This document shows, in pieces, positions 38,391 to 51,870 of a stretch of DNA of 64,000 nucleotides; the first letter of the stretch is position 1; every line of letters starts with the position of its first letter. Origin of the DNA: Hemiscyllium ocellatum (lineage: Eukaryota); contig NC_083418.1 in assembly GCF_020745735.1 (NCBI RefSeq), forward strand, positions 68,589,776 through 68,653,775, in the 5' to 3' direction. Below the pieces are notes generated by a model that was not told where the DNA came from, did not search any database, and saw nothing but the letters and a program-made list of their open reading frames with translations. Made by a program: the position numbers and the translations under genes.

Positions 38391-40388
38391 AACCCAGTAG
38401 TTTGATTCTTGCTTTGAAGTCGTCTGCTGATGCTTCTCCACTGGAGAGGCCTCATGCTCAAGCAGATGGCAGATGTTGAATGTTAACTGGGACCTTGTGA
38501 GGAGATCAGACTGGCAGGGAAAGGCCAGAGTGTGAACTGGATTTTGGATTGTTCTGGTCAGAAAGGTTGTGCCTGTGAAAGCTACAAGACAGAGGTCTGA
38601 TTGCTCCCTGGTTGTTCTCTCAAATTTTCAACTTTTTGCAAGTTCAGAGAATGGAACCTCAGTTACAGGTATTAAGTGAATATTCTTTGGATCCTGGGAG
38701 CTATTTGCATGCATCTGTGTCTTCAGAAGCCAAGCAGAATACAATCCCATGTGCCTGCAAGACTATAGATCATGGAGACTACTTAAGCAAATGGGCCAGT
38801 TACATCTTTTTTTTTGTTTTCTTTTGATTTATTCTTGAATTGGGTCTCCGTTTCTGTCTTTTGGATGAGTGAGGGTGAGACTCAAAGAAGTTTAGGTTTA
38901 AATCATCAACATTAATTCAGTTTCCTTATTGGTTAACTTTGCTAAAGCTACTGCATTATTAATAAATTGTTAAATCGTTTTTTAAGTTAAAAACCTGCCA
39001 TCTGATAATGGTTATTCATGAAGTCTGTTTAGGAGCCATGGGGATCAATTGTGGGCTCATTTATTGTTTTAAGGTTATGGTGTTTCGAATACAGGGATAG
39101 GGAGGCTGATTTTAATTTGACTGTCTGTGTTGTAATATCTGGTAGGATGTAGCTTTGGCTTCAACCTGAAAAGCAGGGAAAAGAAATCAACACACCATAA
39201 TCCTTTTCTGTAACATACTCATGCAGTACCTGTTGTTTATACAGAAAGCACACATTTAAAAAAAGCCTTGTTATGAACCTCAATCTATTGCCAACAATGC
39301 ATTTTATCTCATTTTTTCTGTTCTTGAATATTTCTGCAAATATTATCACGCTAGTAATAAGAGAATGTTTTTTAAAAAGAGAAGTTTTAATGATTTTCAC
39401 TATCCTAATTTGGCCGAAATGTATTTGGCCTGTTTTGAATGAGTCAGAGTGAACTCTCTGCGATTTGCTAAGTAGAATAATTGGCCATAATTCCAATCAT
39501 TGAAAAAGGAACAATTTATTAAAAAATGCAGCTGTAGTAACACGTATCTTTTATTTCATTTAGAAGTGAATGGTTGTTTAAAATGGGAAGTGTGTTCTTC
39601 TGTTCTCCACTTCAATTAGACAGATCACAGACACTGCTATTCATTAGAATTTAAATGAATGATTGGGATGAAGCCAGTCACTCAAGTTCTGAAGTTCCAG
39701 AGTGAATGTAACAATGCCGAAGGAGATGACTGGTTTGATAATCTCTCACTATCATTTGCACGAGCCAGGATCGGTGTTCCATGAACCATTCTTTTTGTTC
39801 TCTTTATCTTTTCAGAGATGTCTGATTTGCAGACATTTGTGTCCTATTCTCCTTTCTATTCCTCAAGCATTTTTCACTTTCTTTCCCTTGTCTCTTGGGG
39901 GCAAAATTGTTGTGATTCATTTTGTCAGGAAAGTGCAAGTGCCACCAAGGTGGTAAAATAGCAGATCTGAAAAAGAAATGAAACTCACATGAAGTGTTTT
40001 TTTTTTCCCCCTTGTGCACTGACTATATTTTGCATGGACAGAGATACACACTATTCTCTTTGAATAAATTTCTGATTTTATTAATTTATTCATCTTTTAA
40101 TCGTGCTGAATAGAGGAAATGTTCCATTTTGTGAGAGACCATTGTGAGAGAATATTTTTTACCCATGCTTATGAAATGAATAACACATTTGAGGGCTGTG
40201 GCTTAATTCCCGGGGGAGTGAGGCCTTGTGGTGCAGTGTGCTTGCCTCTGAGCCAGACATTCTGGGTTCAAGTCCCACCAAAACTCAGTGCCTAAGGAAG
40301 GTGTGTTCATGTTGCAGACAAATATGTCAAGTATCAGTCCACAAATCCTTTCAACACATACAAGAGTTTGATGAATTCCTGGTCATAA

Positions 40389-40725
40389 GGGAGAGGCAGT
40401 GTCCTTGTGGTATTATCGCTGTACTGCTAAACTAGATACTAAGGGGATTTGGGTTCAGATCCCACCATGGCAGATGGTGGACTTTGCATTCAATGAAAAT
40501 CTGAAATTAAAAGTCTAATAATGACCATGATTCAATTGTCAGTAAATTCTATCTGGTTCATTAATGCCTTTAGGGAAGGAAACTGCAATCTTTAAATGGT
40601 CGGGCCTACTGTGACACCAGATCCCCAGCGATATAATTGACTCTTAACAGCCCTCTGGGCAATTAGGGATGGGCAATAAATACTGGCCTAGCCAGTGACG
40701 CCCTCATCACATGAATAAAAATAAA
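40389..40725 (+). mobile_element. SINE family 2, near full length
   Basis: Head gggagaggcagtgtccttgtggtattatcgc, B box gggttcagatccc, tail gcaattagggatgggcaataaatactggcctagccag...atgaataaaa. Confidence 0.8.
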
Positions 40726-41639
40726 AAGCTGCATGGTAGAAAACATATTGGAGGCATTACTGAAACTATTGTTCTAGATTGCAAACTGCTTATGAAAGTG
40801 AATATTCCCACAAGTAACCCAGACTCTTACTGCTCTGTTGGAGCACCACTTGATAAAAGCTATTCACTTCCAAATTTTAGTCAGTTCCTGAACAGAGCAA
40901 GTGGGAAACGTTTCCCTGTGAAATACCTATACATCACCTCCTTTAAAAAGTTCAAAGATTAATTGTTCTAGAATCTAGTTTTGGTAGAAGTGCTATATAT
41001 GTTATTAGTTCACCTGTTCTAATAACCCCTTGCATGACTAGGTTTGAAATGCTGGTTGTGAAGGAACAAACTGAATTTTCCCCTTTTTCTCTCAATGTCT
41101 TTTCCCGCTGGTGGTTCAGAGCATTTTCTTCTGGCTCAGCCTCAAACAACATTCCTGCTCCTTAAACACATTTGTCCATTGATCAGACGCAAGTAGTAAC
41201 TGTTGTACAGGAATGTTTGGTCACTGCACTGTATGAGCTGCTGCTTATGATGGGTATTGCCATTGTTTTGTTTTAAGTGTAGCAATATGCAGAACCCACT
41301 TGACCTAATAATATAGGAGGAAAACTGTTTCCAGGTCTAAGCAGAAAAATCTTTGGAGTTAGCAAGGAGTTTATTAGCAACTGGTTACATTGATATGATC
41401 AACAATGTTGCAGGAACTTTGAGGATGGCCTGATGTTGGGATCTGAGTCCTTCCAGATCCTCAGCCACAAATTGACAAGGCATTATCAGACTGGGTGCTA
41501 CTTATGGCTGTCCTCAAAATTGTCTTTCAGACTCAGTAACGGCTGAAAATATTTCTTAGCTTGAGTGTTGTGATGTAAAACTTTCAGTATTTACTATCGT
41601 TGTCCCTGGAGCAATGCTGAGGAGTGACTGTGTATAGAG

Positions 41640-41965
41640 CGGTATAAAGTCAGGAGGGGCATACATAAGGTGAATAGCAAAGGCCTTTTCCCCAGGTTAG
41701 GGAAGTTCAAAAATAGATGGCATTGGTTTAGGGTGAGAGAGGAAAGATTTCAAAGGGACCTGAGGGGCATCTTTTTCACACAGAGGGTAGTGGGTATATA
41801 GAACAACACACAGCATATAAAAGACATTTGGATAGGTACATGGATAGGAAAGATTTCGAGGGATAAAGGCCAAACTCAGGAAAATAGGACTAGTTCAGTT
41901 TACAAAACTCAATCAGTATGGACAAGTTGGGCCATATGGCCTGTTTCTGTGCCGTATAACTCTAG
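41640..41965 (+). mobile_element. CR1/HER1 3' end
   Basis: tttagggtgagagaggaaagattt...tttttcacacagagggt...ggcctgtttctgtgccgtataactct. Confidence 0.8.
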
Positions 41966-42599
41966 ATGAGCACAGAATAACATGGAAGTGCAGGGGTGGG
42001 ATTACTGTACTGCAGATCACACAATTCTGGCCTTTATTGTTCTGGGGGAGCAGAGTGACTGAAGAATGAGTTCATTCTACGGGGATAATTTGATTGTATG
42101 GATTGCTGTCATTTGAGTGCTCATTCAAGTGGGATTTGTTTTTTTTCAGAACTGAAATTTTGTGTCGGACAGTGTCCCTAAGATGCACAAAGTGGTTTCT
42201 GCTGTGTATTTGCTGGGTTTTGTTCTGTTGGAGGTGCTGACTGTTACACAATGAAGCAATTAGACGTCTAACTGAGTGAAAGTTACCAGACTCCAGCAAA
42301 ACTCGGGCTTCGAGTGCTTCACTACAGCCATACAGGAAGCTGAAGCCGATTTGTGGTTTTGGCTCAAACCATTGATTCTTCAATTCACTTAGTGCTATTA
42401 TCGAGAACCAGCTGTTTCGAGTCTTTGAGCTAATTCAGTATTTAATTCCAAGGTTTAACTTTAATTGTTCCATCACTATATAATCAAGTATCTCCTGAAC
42501 CAACTCATGGATCAACAGTGTTCTTAAACTGCTATCTCTGTCAGGCAATAAGTTCATGGTCTTATGTAGTCTTGGGTAGACGCGAACAGTAATTGTTGT

Positions 42600-42960
42600 G
42601 TTGCTCTAGTGTCGAGGTTATTGTGACTGCCTCTTGTGAAAGGTCCCAGGTTCAAAGCCCAGACTTCATATTGTTCAACCTCAGTCACTGGAGTAGGTGT
42701 TAATCTGTTTTGGTGCAGCCATGTGCTTTTTGCTGAGTTGCTTTTTTGAGTGGCTTGTCACGTAGTGGTACTGACCCTGCCTCTGGGCCAGGATGTCCAG
42801 GTTCAAGTCCCACCGGCTCCAAAAATGGATGGATCGTAATCCTGTCTGAACGAGTTGAGTAAAAATAAATGGTCAGGCCTTGTGGGGCAGTGTTAGAACC
42901 TGAAGGTCAGGGTTCAGTCCTATCTTCCACAGAGCTGTCATGCAAGGTGATTAAATATTT
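42600..42960 (+). mobile_element. Cluster of ~3 short tRNA-like SINE copies (family 3; also at ~40220-40340 and ~59520-59945)
   Basis: Repeated ctgcctct...ggttca(a)gtccc motif with upstream tagtgg/ggccttgtgg A-box-like sequence. Confidence 0.5.
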
Positions 42961-44114
42961 TGCAAAATGCACGGTGTACTGCATACCGATATATGAGGGA
43001 GAGTGGAGTCAGATGTGGAATAATGGGAACTAAATAATTCATAGGAACTGCTTAAGTTGGACACTTTTCAGTTTGATGGAGCAATGATATATCAGTCTCT
43101 TGTAACTGGGTAATACCCTGATGGGCTTCCACACCCACACAGTGAGCTCCCTACTGGTATTAGCATTAACATAGGGGACAACAGCCCCCATGCTTAGTCA
43201 AGTTGCTGTAATTTTTGACTACATTTGCTGGCATCAGTGCATGTGTGAATTTAAGCAGCGCCTAATGCACATGTAAACAGGGTCTGGGGAACATAGACTG
43301 GGGGAGGTGCAGTGGAGGCTCATATCCTCTTTTTTTCCTACCACGTTCCCCCCCCCTTTCTGCTCCATTCCCATCCTCACATTCATGTATGTCCATACTT
43401 AGCCATTCCTACTCTGTCGCAATGCCCTCATGTTCTCACCCCCCGCTGCTGATCCCTGTCTCAAATTTTGCATCCTCTCCGTGTTACATTTCTACTTTTT
43501 GCTTTCACTTATTCAGGAAATAGCGACATTGTATATAATACACCATGAGCTCCAGTAAATATATTTGTAAACTGCAGCTCTCACTCTCAACAAAGCCTGC
43601 TTGATTGAAAATAGCATCTTTTAAATCCACCATCCACGAACAAAGGATATAAAGTGTTTTTTTTTCACACTGCAATGAGGTCCTTAATTGAGCATTCATT
43701 GCCAAATTGAGGCCCCAAATTGGATAGCCAGTGAGTGGCCCACCCTAAGCCTTCCTTGTTGCCTATAAAATGAATGGACTGCCAATGGTCTGCTGTTCCT
43801 CATGTATGGACCCACCTACCTGTTTCACAGCCTACACTTGGCCTGTACAATCCACCCCACAATGTCTAAGGGAATGGAGCAAGTAGCTTTTTAAGCTAAA
43901 GTTTACTGTCTCCCCACCCCAAATAATGCATTCACGTTCAGTATTTAGGACATGAAAGAATTAAGGCACTCATTTGAAGGCTTGACAGTCATCCCCATGT
44001 CTTTGATTCTTAAATGTTTACTCCAAATCCACGGGAGATAGGGACACAGAATTCCCACGGCAAAATGCAAAAATTGTTACAATGTAATGCTCCTCCTATC
44101 TACCACAAAGGACC

Positions 44115-44207
44115 ATGCTATTGGATCGGATGAGACGATTGGAAAAAGAAAATGACAGGAGCCCATCCCGCGAGTGCATAAATTCATGGCCAGTGAATCC
44201 ACAGATA
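44115..44207 (+). CDS. Candidate coding exon / short ORF MLLDRMRRLEKENDRSPSRECINSWPVNPQI
   Basis: accATG context, CpGs retained, possible aag| acceptor before 44111 and weak ATA|gtgagg donor; unspliced ORF runs to 44285. Confidence 0.2.
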
Positions 44208-45401
44208 GTGAGGACTGAGTGCAGTTTTAGATTCAGGTGCAGTGGAATATTAACTGAACTGTATGGCACTTGTGATGTTTGCTGATGTTTAACTAAAGGC
44301 CCTGATACCTGGACATCTTGCCTGATTAACCTGTCGCCTGGTGGGTGAGCTGCCATCCCTTCTACTTGGGCATTCTTTGCGCCCTGGGGAGAGACCTCCT
44401 GAAAGTGTATGCCATTCAAGGATGAATCATGGATCCCCCACCTACCCTAAACACTTAAACCCTCTTCTCTTTCCCTTAGCAAGGTCTCCCTGAAACTGTT
44501 CCCTGTGGCCTTTTATTTCAAGGGTTCTATTGCTTCAGGGTGTGCATTCTGTTCAAAGCAGTGGGAATGTCCCATAGGAAAGCATGTGCCCAATTGCGAT
44601 TCGATGCCATTGGGTGTTTGGAAAATGGTGGGTGCATGTCAGTTTTAGTGGAGGTTGGCAGGTGGTTGGTGCTGTGACGGATACATTTTACCCAACGTGT
44701 TTTTATAGCTCATCTTTTTCTTCAGAAAGAGGTTGGTGCAGTTAAATTTTCCTTTAATCACAATGGAGCTGCCAAAAGGTAAATATAGTATAGCCTCAAT
44801 GCTCTCTAGACTTTACAGGCACATTTTGCGGTGCTGATTTTCTTTTTTAAATTCAAACAATGATGTTTTTATAATAATGGTTATTGAAGTTGAACAGAAA
44901 TAGCATGGTACTCTGATGTTCTTTGACAACTGGTTTCTGGTGGGTTTGATATATTTTGGGTTTTTTTTCCAGTATGCGTTATGCTTTGAATTCAAAATGC
45001 TGTGGGTTTGTTTTTAATAAAACTGGTATTTTTGTTTTAAAGACTTCTCTGTGATCATCTCTTCAAACAGTGGTATAATTATTTGTATTGTATGGCATAA
45101 TTCCCAGAGCAGGGATGGAGATGCTCAGTGGCTTTAATAAAAATGAAAATCCTTTTTAATTGTAAGGCAGCATCATTTTAAGGTGATATATTTTGAAGTG
45201 TGTATTAAAACCAACTTTCGTGATGATTTGTAAAATTAATTTGTTTAAGATGCTCATTTTTGAATGAACAATATGGGATATTTGTAGAGATAGGGTTAAC
45301 AAAGAGCCAGATGAGGTGCTGAGGTAAATGAGCTCAGTGATCAGGTGCTGATGCTGGGCTAGGAGATTGGAATCTGTACAGCACAGATCTCTGTAGCCTG
45401 A

Positions 45402-45483
45402 GGACTTATGCCCGAAACGTCGAATTTCCTGTTCCTTGGATGCTGCCTGACCTGCTGCGCTTTAACCAGCAACACATTTTCAG
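45402..45483 (+). mobile_element. Family B PLE fragment, 13-bp TSD
   Basis: TSD ctctgtagcctga 45389-45401 / 45484-45496; begins inside HHR stem II (cttatgcccgaaacgtcgaat). Confidence 0.85.
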
Positions 45484-45575
45484 CTCTGTAGCCTGACCAT
45501 CAGGTACAGTCTATCAACAAACCTTTGGCAGTAAGCTGGATATGGTCTGAGCTGGTGTGAAGATCTAACTAACTC

Positions 45576-45917
45576 ATAGAATCCCTATAGTGTGGAAACA
45601 GGCCCTTTGGCTCAACAAGTCCACACTGGCTCTCCGAAGAGTATCCAACCCAAATTCATTCCCCATTACTCTACATTTTACCCCTGACTAATGCACCTAA
45701 CCTACACATCTCTGAACACAGTGGGCAATTTAGTAGGGCCAATTCACCTGACCTGCACATTTTTGGACTGTAGGAGGAAACTGGGGCACCCGGAGGAAAC
45801 CAACGCAGACACGGGGAGACTCTGAAAACTCCACACAGTCACCCAAGGGTGGAATTGAACCTGGGTCCCTGGTGCTGTGAGGCAGCAGTGCTAACCACTG
45901 AGCCACCATGCTGCCCC
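45576..45917 (-). mobile_element. HE1-type V-SINE, full length
   Basis: - strand ggggcagcatggtggctcagtggttagc ... ggattctatg tail. Confidence 0.9.
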
Positions 45918-47759
45918 AACTCATGTTAGAGCTATTTCTTTGACACTTGACATGTACAGCAGAATTGTGGACTTCTGTATAACTGCTACCCATTATCATT
46001 TGTATGATTTAATTTGCTACGTTCGCCAATAGTCATTACCCTTGGGCAGTAGTATAGGTAGGAAATTTGAAAGTGTACAGAACACAGCATGGAACTGAGC
46101 CATTCCTTAAAGCTAGTCTGTGCTGGTGTTTACAAGTGCTGCAAATCTCTTCTCATTCCATATGCCTTGTCTCACCCTTTGCACAAGTCTTTCATTTCAC
46201 TTCTTTTTCTCTCATCTGGGCTACTTTCTGAAAGCCTCTTAAGTTGTTTGCCTCAACCACTTTGTGGGGTTGCAAATTTCACAATTTAACCACTCTCTCT
46301 GAGAACAGAATATTCTTGCTTCTCTGTCACATTTATTAGTGACTGTTCTGTTGGTTGCCTTCTCTTCCAGCAGGTCGACACAGGGAAACTGTGAATGGGG
46401 ATACTTTATTTTTGGATGCTCTCACCTTCACAGCTGGTACCAGACTGAGCTAAATGGGCAGCATCCCAACCACCAACATAACAGTGACGATCCTGCATTG
46501 ATGGTTTCCACAAGTGGAAACATTCTCTCCTCACTTTTGACCATGTGTAATCCATTTGTAACTATAAAAACCTTTACTGGGCCAATGATAAGTCTGCCCT
46601 TTGCTTTAAGAAAATTTCTATTCAATCTTTCTGCTAGCTGCAAACTAGCACCATCCTCAAAACTTTATGATGGTACTACATGTCTCATTGGGGTTTTTAA
46701 TAGTGAGTCAAAATGTTGCTTTTTAATGATGTTGTTCTCTGTATCCATGTATTTTCTTCTGCACTATTCAGTTTTCTTTATTTTCCAAGGTATAGGTAAT
46801 GTTCCTCTTTCTCCTTCCAAAGTGTGCTACCTCACGTCTATCTATTAAAGATCATTTCCCCCCTCCCTAGTCGTCAGGTTTTCGAAGACCTTCCTGTTCC
46901 TCCTCCTCCTGTTAGATGTAGAATAAGCTGTAGGAGCAGAAGTTAGCCATTCAGCCCATCAATTCTTTTCTGCCACTCAGTAAGATTATGCAGACCTGAT
47001 GATCCTCAACTTCACTTTCCTGCCTTTTTCCCACAGGCCTGTTTCTCCAGAAGGGTTTGTGCTTGATCAAACTTGGAACTTTCTGAATTCTTGCATGATG
47101 AGTGCTGCAGTCTACTTTTGTGATTGGCAAAGATGGGTTGTGTGTTTTTATCGATCTTCAATAGATAAACCTGACTGACTATTGAGGGAGGTCAACCTTG
47201 CTTTTATACACATTCATTCTATCTCTCTAAACAACTTTTTAAAAGCATAGAAAATAGGTGCTGAGTAGGTTGTTCGACCCTTTGATCCTGCTCTGTTGTT
47301 CAATATGACCATGGCTAACCATCCAACTCAGTGTCTTTTGTTTCCACTTTCTCCCTGTGCTATTCGATCACTTCTGGCCTAAGAACGAATATCCAACTCC
47401 TCGATGGAAACATGCAATGTTTTGACCTCAACTATTCTTCCATGCTAGAGTATCCCACAGGCACACCACACTCTCAGTGAAGATGTTTCTTACCTTGGCC
47501 CTAAATGACCTACCCATATCCTTTTAAACTGTGACTCTTCTTCAGTTTGTATTAGTATCTTATCTTCAAACTATTACCCTTTATCCTCTTCCCAATTGCC
47601 CTACATTCCAAAGACCTCGATCTAAATCCTTATGTTTGACATCTCTCCCTCTCCATCATTTTTGTTTTCTCTCAGATTCTGTTCCCTCCACCATCCTGTA
47701 TTGTGAAATCTGCCGAATAATTGTCCACTGTCGGCTTTATGTTGCCTGAGCTGCAAGAT

Positions 47760-49765
47760 ATTAGAACGAAGAAAATGCTAATGAGGAAAGAAAAACTAGT
47801 ATGAGAGAAAGCTAGCCAGAAATATAAAACAGATAGTAAGAGTTTCTGTAAAGATTTAAAGTAGGAAAGAAATAAGTGTTGATCCTACAGAGAGTGAAAC
47901 TGGAGGATTAATAATAAGGAAGTAGCAGCTAAATTGATTGATATTTTGTATTGGTTTTCACTCTGGAGAATAAAGAAACATCGCAGAAGCAGCTATTACT
48001 CAGGAAATGGGAGGAAGAGAGAAAATCACCATCACCAGGGAAGTGGCACTGAGTAAATTGCTGCCCAGGTCCTGTCCTCATCCTAGAGTCTTAAAAGATG
48101 TGGCTTGTAAGATAATTGATGTATTGATATTCATATTTCAGAACTGTCCCAATTTGGAGACAGTCCCATTAGATTGGAAAGCTATGAATGCAGCTCCATT
48201 CAAAAATGGAAAGACAGAAAGCAAGAAATGACAGACCAGTAGGCTGAATATCTGACATAGAGATAGTTTTAGAATCTATTATTAAAGTAGTTATATCACA
48301 ACACTTGGATAGATTTATGAACATCAGGCAGAATTGATATGGCTTTGTGAAAGGAAAATTGCTTTTGAGCAGTTTGTTGGTTATTTTGAGGTGATAACAT
48401 AAACTGTAGATAAAGGAGAACTGATGGTTATGCAGAGATTTCTAGAAGGCATTTGCTAAGATGCTACGTTAAAGATTATTGTGAAAAGTAAAAGCTTATG
48501 GGTAGCATATTAGCACGGAAAGAAGATTGGCTGCCCTCAGAAAGCTGACGGTAGATGTAAATGGGCGATGTGCCAAGGGATTGGTGCTGGGGCTTCAACT
48601 GTTTACGATTTATTGATATGACTCTGAAGGGAAGGAAGGCGCAGTTGCTAAATTTTCTGATGATACAAAGATAGTTAGGAACCTGTGTGAAGGGTACATA
48701 AGGAGGTTACAAAAGATATAGATAGGTTAAATGATTGGGTAAAGATGTGGAAATTGGAATACAGTGTCAAAAACATGAGAAATTATCCATTTTAGCAGGA
48801 AGAATGAAAAAAGATGCACATCATCCAAATGGTGAGAGATTGCAGACTTCATAGATGCAGAAGGATCTGGGTGACCTTGTGCATGAATGGTGCAAGGTTA
48901 GCTGGTAAAACAAGGAATTAGGAAAGCTAGATTAGATTCTCTACAGTGTGGAAACAGGCCCTTCAGCCCAACCAGTCCACACTGACCCTCCGAAGAGTAA
49001 CCCACCCAGATCCATTTTCCCCTCTGACTAATGCACCTAACACTATGGGCAATTTAGCATGGCCAGTTCACTTGACTTGCACATCTTTGGATTGTGGGAG
49101 GAAACCCACACAGACACTGGGAGAACGTGCAAACTCCACATTGACAGTCACCTGAGGCTGGAATCAAATCTGGGACCCTGGTGCTGTGAGGTAGCAGAGC
49201 TAACCACTGAGCCACCCATAAGCTAATAGAATGTTATCATTTAAGTTAAGGGGAATTGGAACATAAAACTGAGGAGGTTGTGTTTCAGTTATACAGGACA
49301 CTGGTGAGACTGCATCTAGAGTACTGTGTATGGAATTGGTCACCTTAGGAAGGACATGAATACACTGGAGGCAGTTCAGAGAAGGTTTCAGACTATCACT
49401 TGGAATGGACGGGTTGTTCTATGAAGATAGATTGGCAAGGCTAGGCGTGTATTCCGCTTTACAGTATATCCATGGCTTTGGAGAATAAGTAGTGACTTGA
49501 TTCAAACATATAAGATTCTGAGACTTCTTAATATGATAGATATCTGCTCTTATGGGAGAATCTGTAACTACAGGCCACTGTTTAAAAATCAGAAATCACG
49601 GAGTTAAAATGGAAATGAGGTGATTTTGTTTTGTCCAGTGAGTGTTTGGAATTTTTAAGGCAGAGTTAGATTTTTGTTGAGCAAGGGGGTGATAGGTTAT
49701 CGGGGTAGGTGGAATCAGGCCAGCCAAGGTCTTATTAAATGGCTGAGGAATTTCGAGAGATTGCT
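47760..49765 (+). mobile_element. Old CR1 ORF2 remnant with a nested HE1
   Basis: PHPRVLKDVA, VPLDWK, ggctttgtgaaagg, ctgatgatacaaagatag (FADDTK-like), ctggtgagactgcatctagagtactgtg. Confidence 0.85.
48930..49219 (-). mobile_element. HE1-type V-SINE nested in CR1
   Basis: aagcta on both flanks (48924-48929 / 49220-49225). Confidence 0.88.
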
Positions 49766-50195
49766 GTGTATTTCTGATGGCAGAAGTGATTCCAGTTCTC
49801 TAGCAATGCTGAGCGGACCTCTGCTACCAACATCTGTCTCATCACATGGACTGTTTTCCAGTTGGTCTGCTCGGGTTGTTGCACTGAGTAAGTGATTTAC
49901 CGATTTGGAGTCCACTTCACACCCTACACCTCTGACTCTGTCCTGACTTCAGTTCATGCTTCTTACTAAAGCAGGAACTGCCCCACAACACACACGTATC
50001 CAATTTAATAATAACAAAATTTCTCACACCATGTATTGTGGCAACAATTATGATACTGGAAAGTAATTATAGTTGACATGCCGAAAGTGGAGAATGTTTG
50101 AAAACAGCTTGGCAATTGAAAACAAACAATCAAAAGAATTCATTGTAATACCGGCGAAGAATGATTATTTTCATCTGAAATCCTGTTTGTGATTA

Positions 50196-50399
50196 AGTGT
50201 TGCTGGAAAAGCGCAGCAGGTCAGGCATCATCCAAGGAACAGGAAATTCGACGTTTCGGGCATAAGGCCTCCTGATGAAGGGCTTATGCCCGAAACGTCA
50301 AATTTCCTGTTCCTTGGATGCTGCCTGACCTGCTGCGCTTTTCCAGCAACACATTTTCAGCTCTGATCTCCAGCATCTGCAGACCTCACTTTCTCCTCT
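50196..50399 (+). mobile_element. Young family B PLE element, 12-bp TSD, HHR core intact (50272-50299)
   Basis: TSD tgtttgtgatta 50184-50195 / 50400-50411; CUGAUGA-A-GGGC-UUAU-GCCC-GAA-ACGU-C; near-perfect ~70-bp arms. Confidence 0.9.
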
Positions 50400-51194
50400 T
50401 GTTTGTGATTACCATAATATCAGCATTTAATCCAGGTTGTGTATCAGATTTTTAACAAACATAGATATACTTTGTTACTGTGTTAAGTTTTGCATGAGTG
50501 TATCTGTTGCCTCTGAATTATGTTTTCATTGTGAGACAGGAATATCGTAATTTCCTGAGATAGGCACAGTTGACAATGTAATTGTTCTACCAGCAAATGA
50601 TACTGAAACTATTGTAGTTGTTCATCTCTTGATGATATGCTTGTGCACCCATCCACTCTTTGTTATAGATGTGAAAAAAGCAGCTAGTTAATATTTATGT
50701 ATTCCAGGTTGTGTAACATTAGCTTTGAACTAATGTTGCATAAGTATAGTTCAAGAAAAAATCCTATATGCAGGTATTTAAATATTTATAAGTAGAAAGT
50801 CAACACTGAGTCACAGCTACGATAGAGACACTGTAGTTGACAATCTTTAATATCATCAGTTTTATATGGTTCAACAAGAAAAATTTAATGTGACAGTTGC
50901 AAGAAAAATCATTTACATATTTAATAACTGATATTATTTTTCAACAAAGGACTTGATTAAGTGTCAAAATATCAATAAGTAATCATGTGTTGCATCCCCC
51001 ATATTACGAAAATTGCTGTAGGCCTTGGCTGTTATTTCTACTCTTCTGAAAACAATTAAAGTGCTTTTGCATTATTCAATTATTTGTGCTAGTATTTGGA
51101 AAATGAAAATTGTACTAGCCTCTAGAATTGTTTCTGTTCTGTATTGTTCTTTTTGGCTTTGAGTTTGATTTGGGCAAACGTATCCATTTTTTTT

Positions 51195-51530
51195 GTCCAC
51201 CCCTAATTGCCTTTGCACTGAGTGGGTTGCTAGGCGATATAAGAGGGCGCTTAGGAGTGAACCACATTGCTGTGGATCTGGAGTCGCATGTAGGCCAGAC
51301 CAGGTAAAGATGGCTGACTTCTTCCACTAAAGGGCATTAAGAAAACCGATTAGTATTTTTTAACAGCAATGATAGTTATTACAGTCACCATTACTAAGAT
51401 TAACTTTATATTGGATTCAGTTCCCATTCAGCCAGGTGCCATGGTAAGGTATGGTGGGATTTGACCCTGTGTTTCTAGGATGTTAGCCTGACCCTTTGCT
51501 TTACTAGTTTTGTGACATTGCCGCTACCCT
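51195..51530 (-). mobile_element. SINE family 2
   Basis: aaccacattgctgtggatctggagtcgcatgtaggccagaccaggtaa. Confidence 0.75.
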
Positions 51531-51870
51531 CAGTGAAAGCATTACTGACTGTTTTGAAATATTACTTCAGAATGATAAAGTGCAATATCGTGGAAAACCA
51601 AGGAGAAACTGCTTTATTGAGAGTAATGGTTTGCACCAATAAGGTGACTACTTTTGAATTCATTGAGTGGTTTTAATGATACTTCTGACAAAATTAGTTG
51701 AACGTAATGTTGAGGAAAAAGGGATCGCCATCTTTGGAGCATTTGGGAGGATTGCAGTGTGTAACGGTATCATGAATACATTTAAAAAATCACATGCACC
51801 CTCTTCCATTTTTCCCTGGCTGCAGCTTTGTACCTTCTTTCCAGTAAGCTACCTGTTCTTTTTTTTGGAG

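Noticed and set aside
39790-39955. Strong pyrimidine tract plus cag acceptor at 39815
   Set aside because: Downstream sequence remains T-rich and intron-like, and donors are weak
46339-46848. 169-aa hydrophobic ORF
   Set aside because: T-rich low-complexity translation, apparently overlapping degenerate CR1 antisense sequence; no recognisable domain
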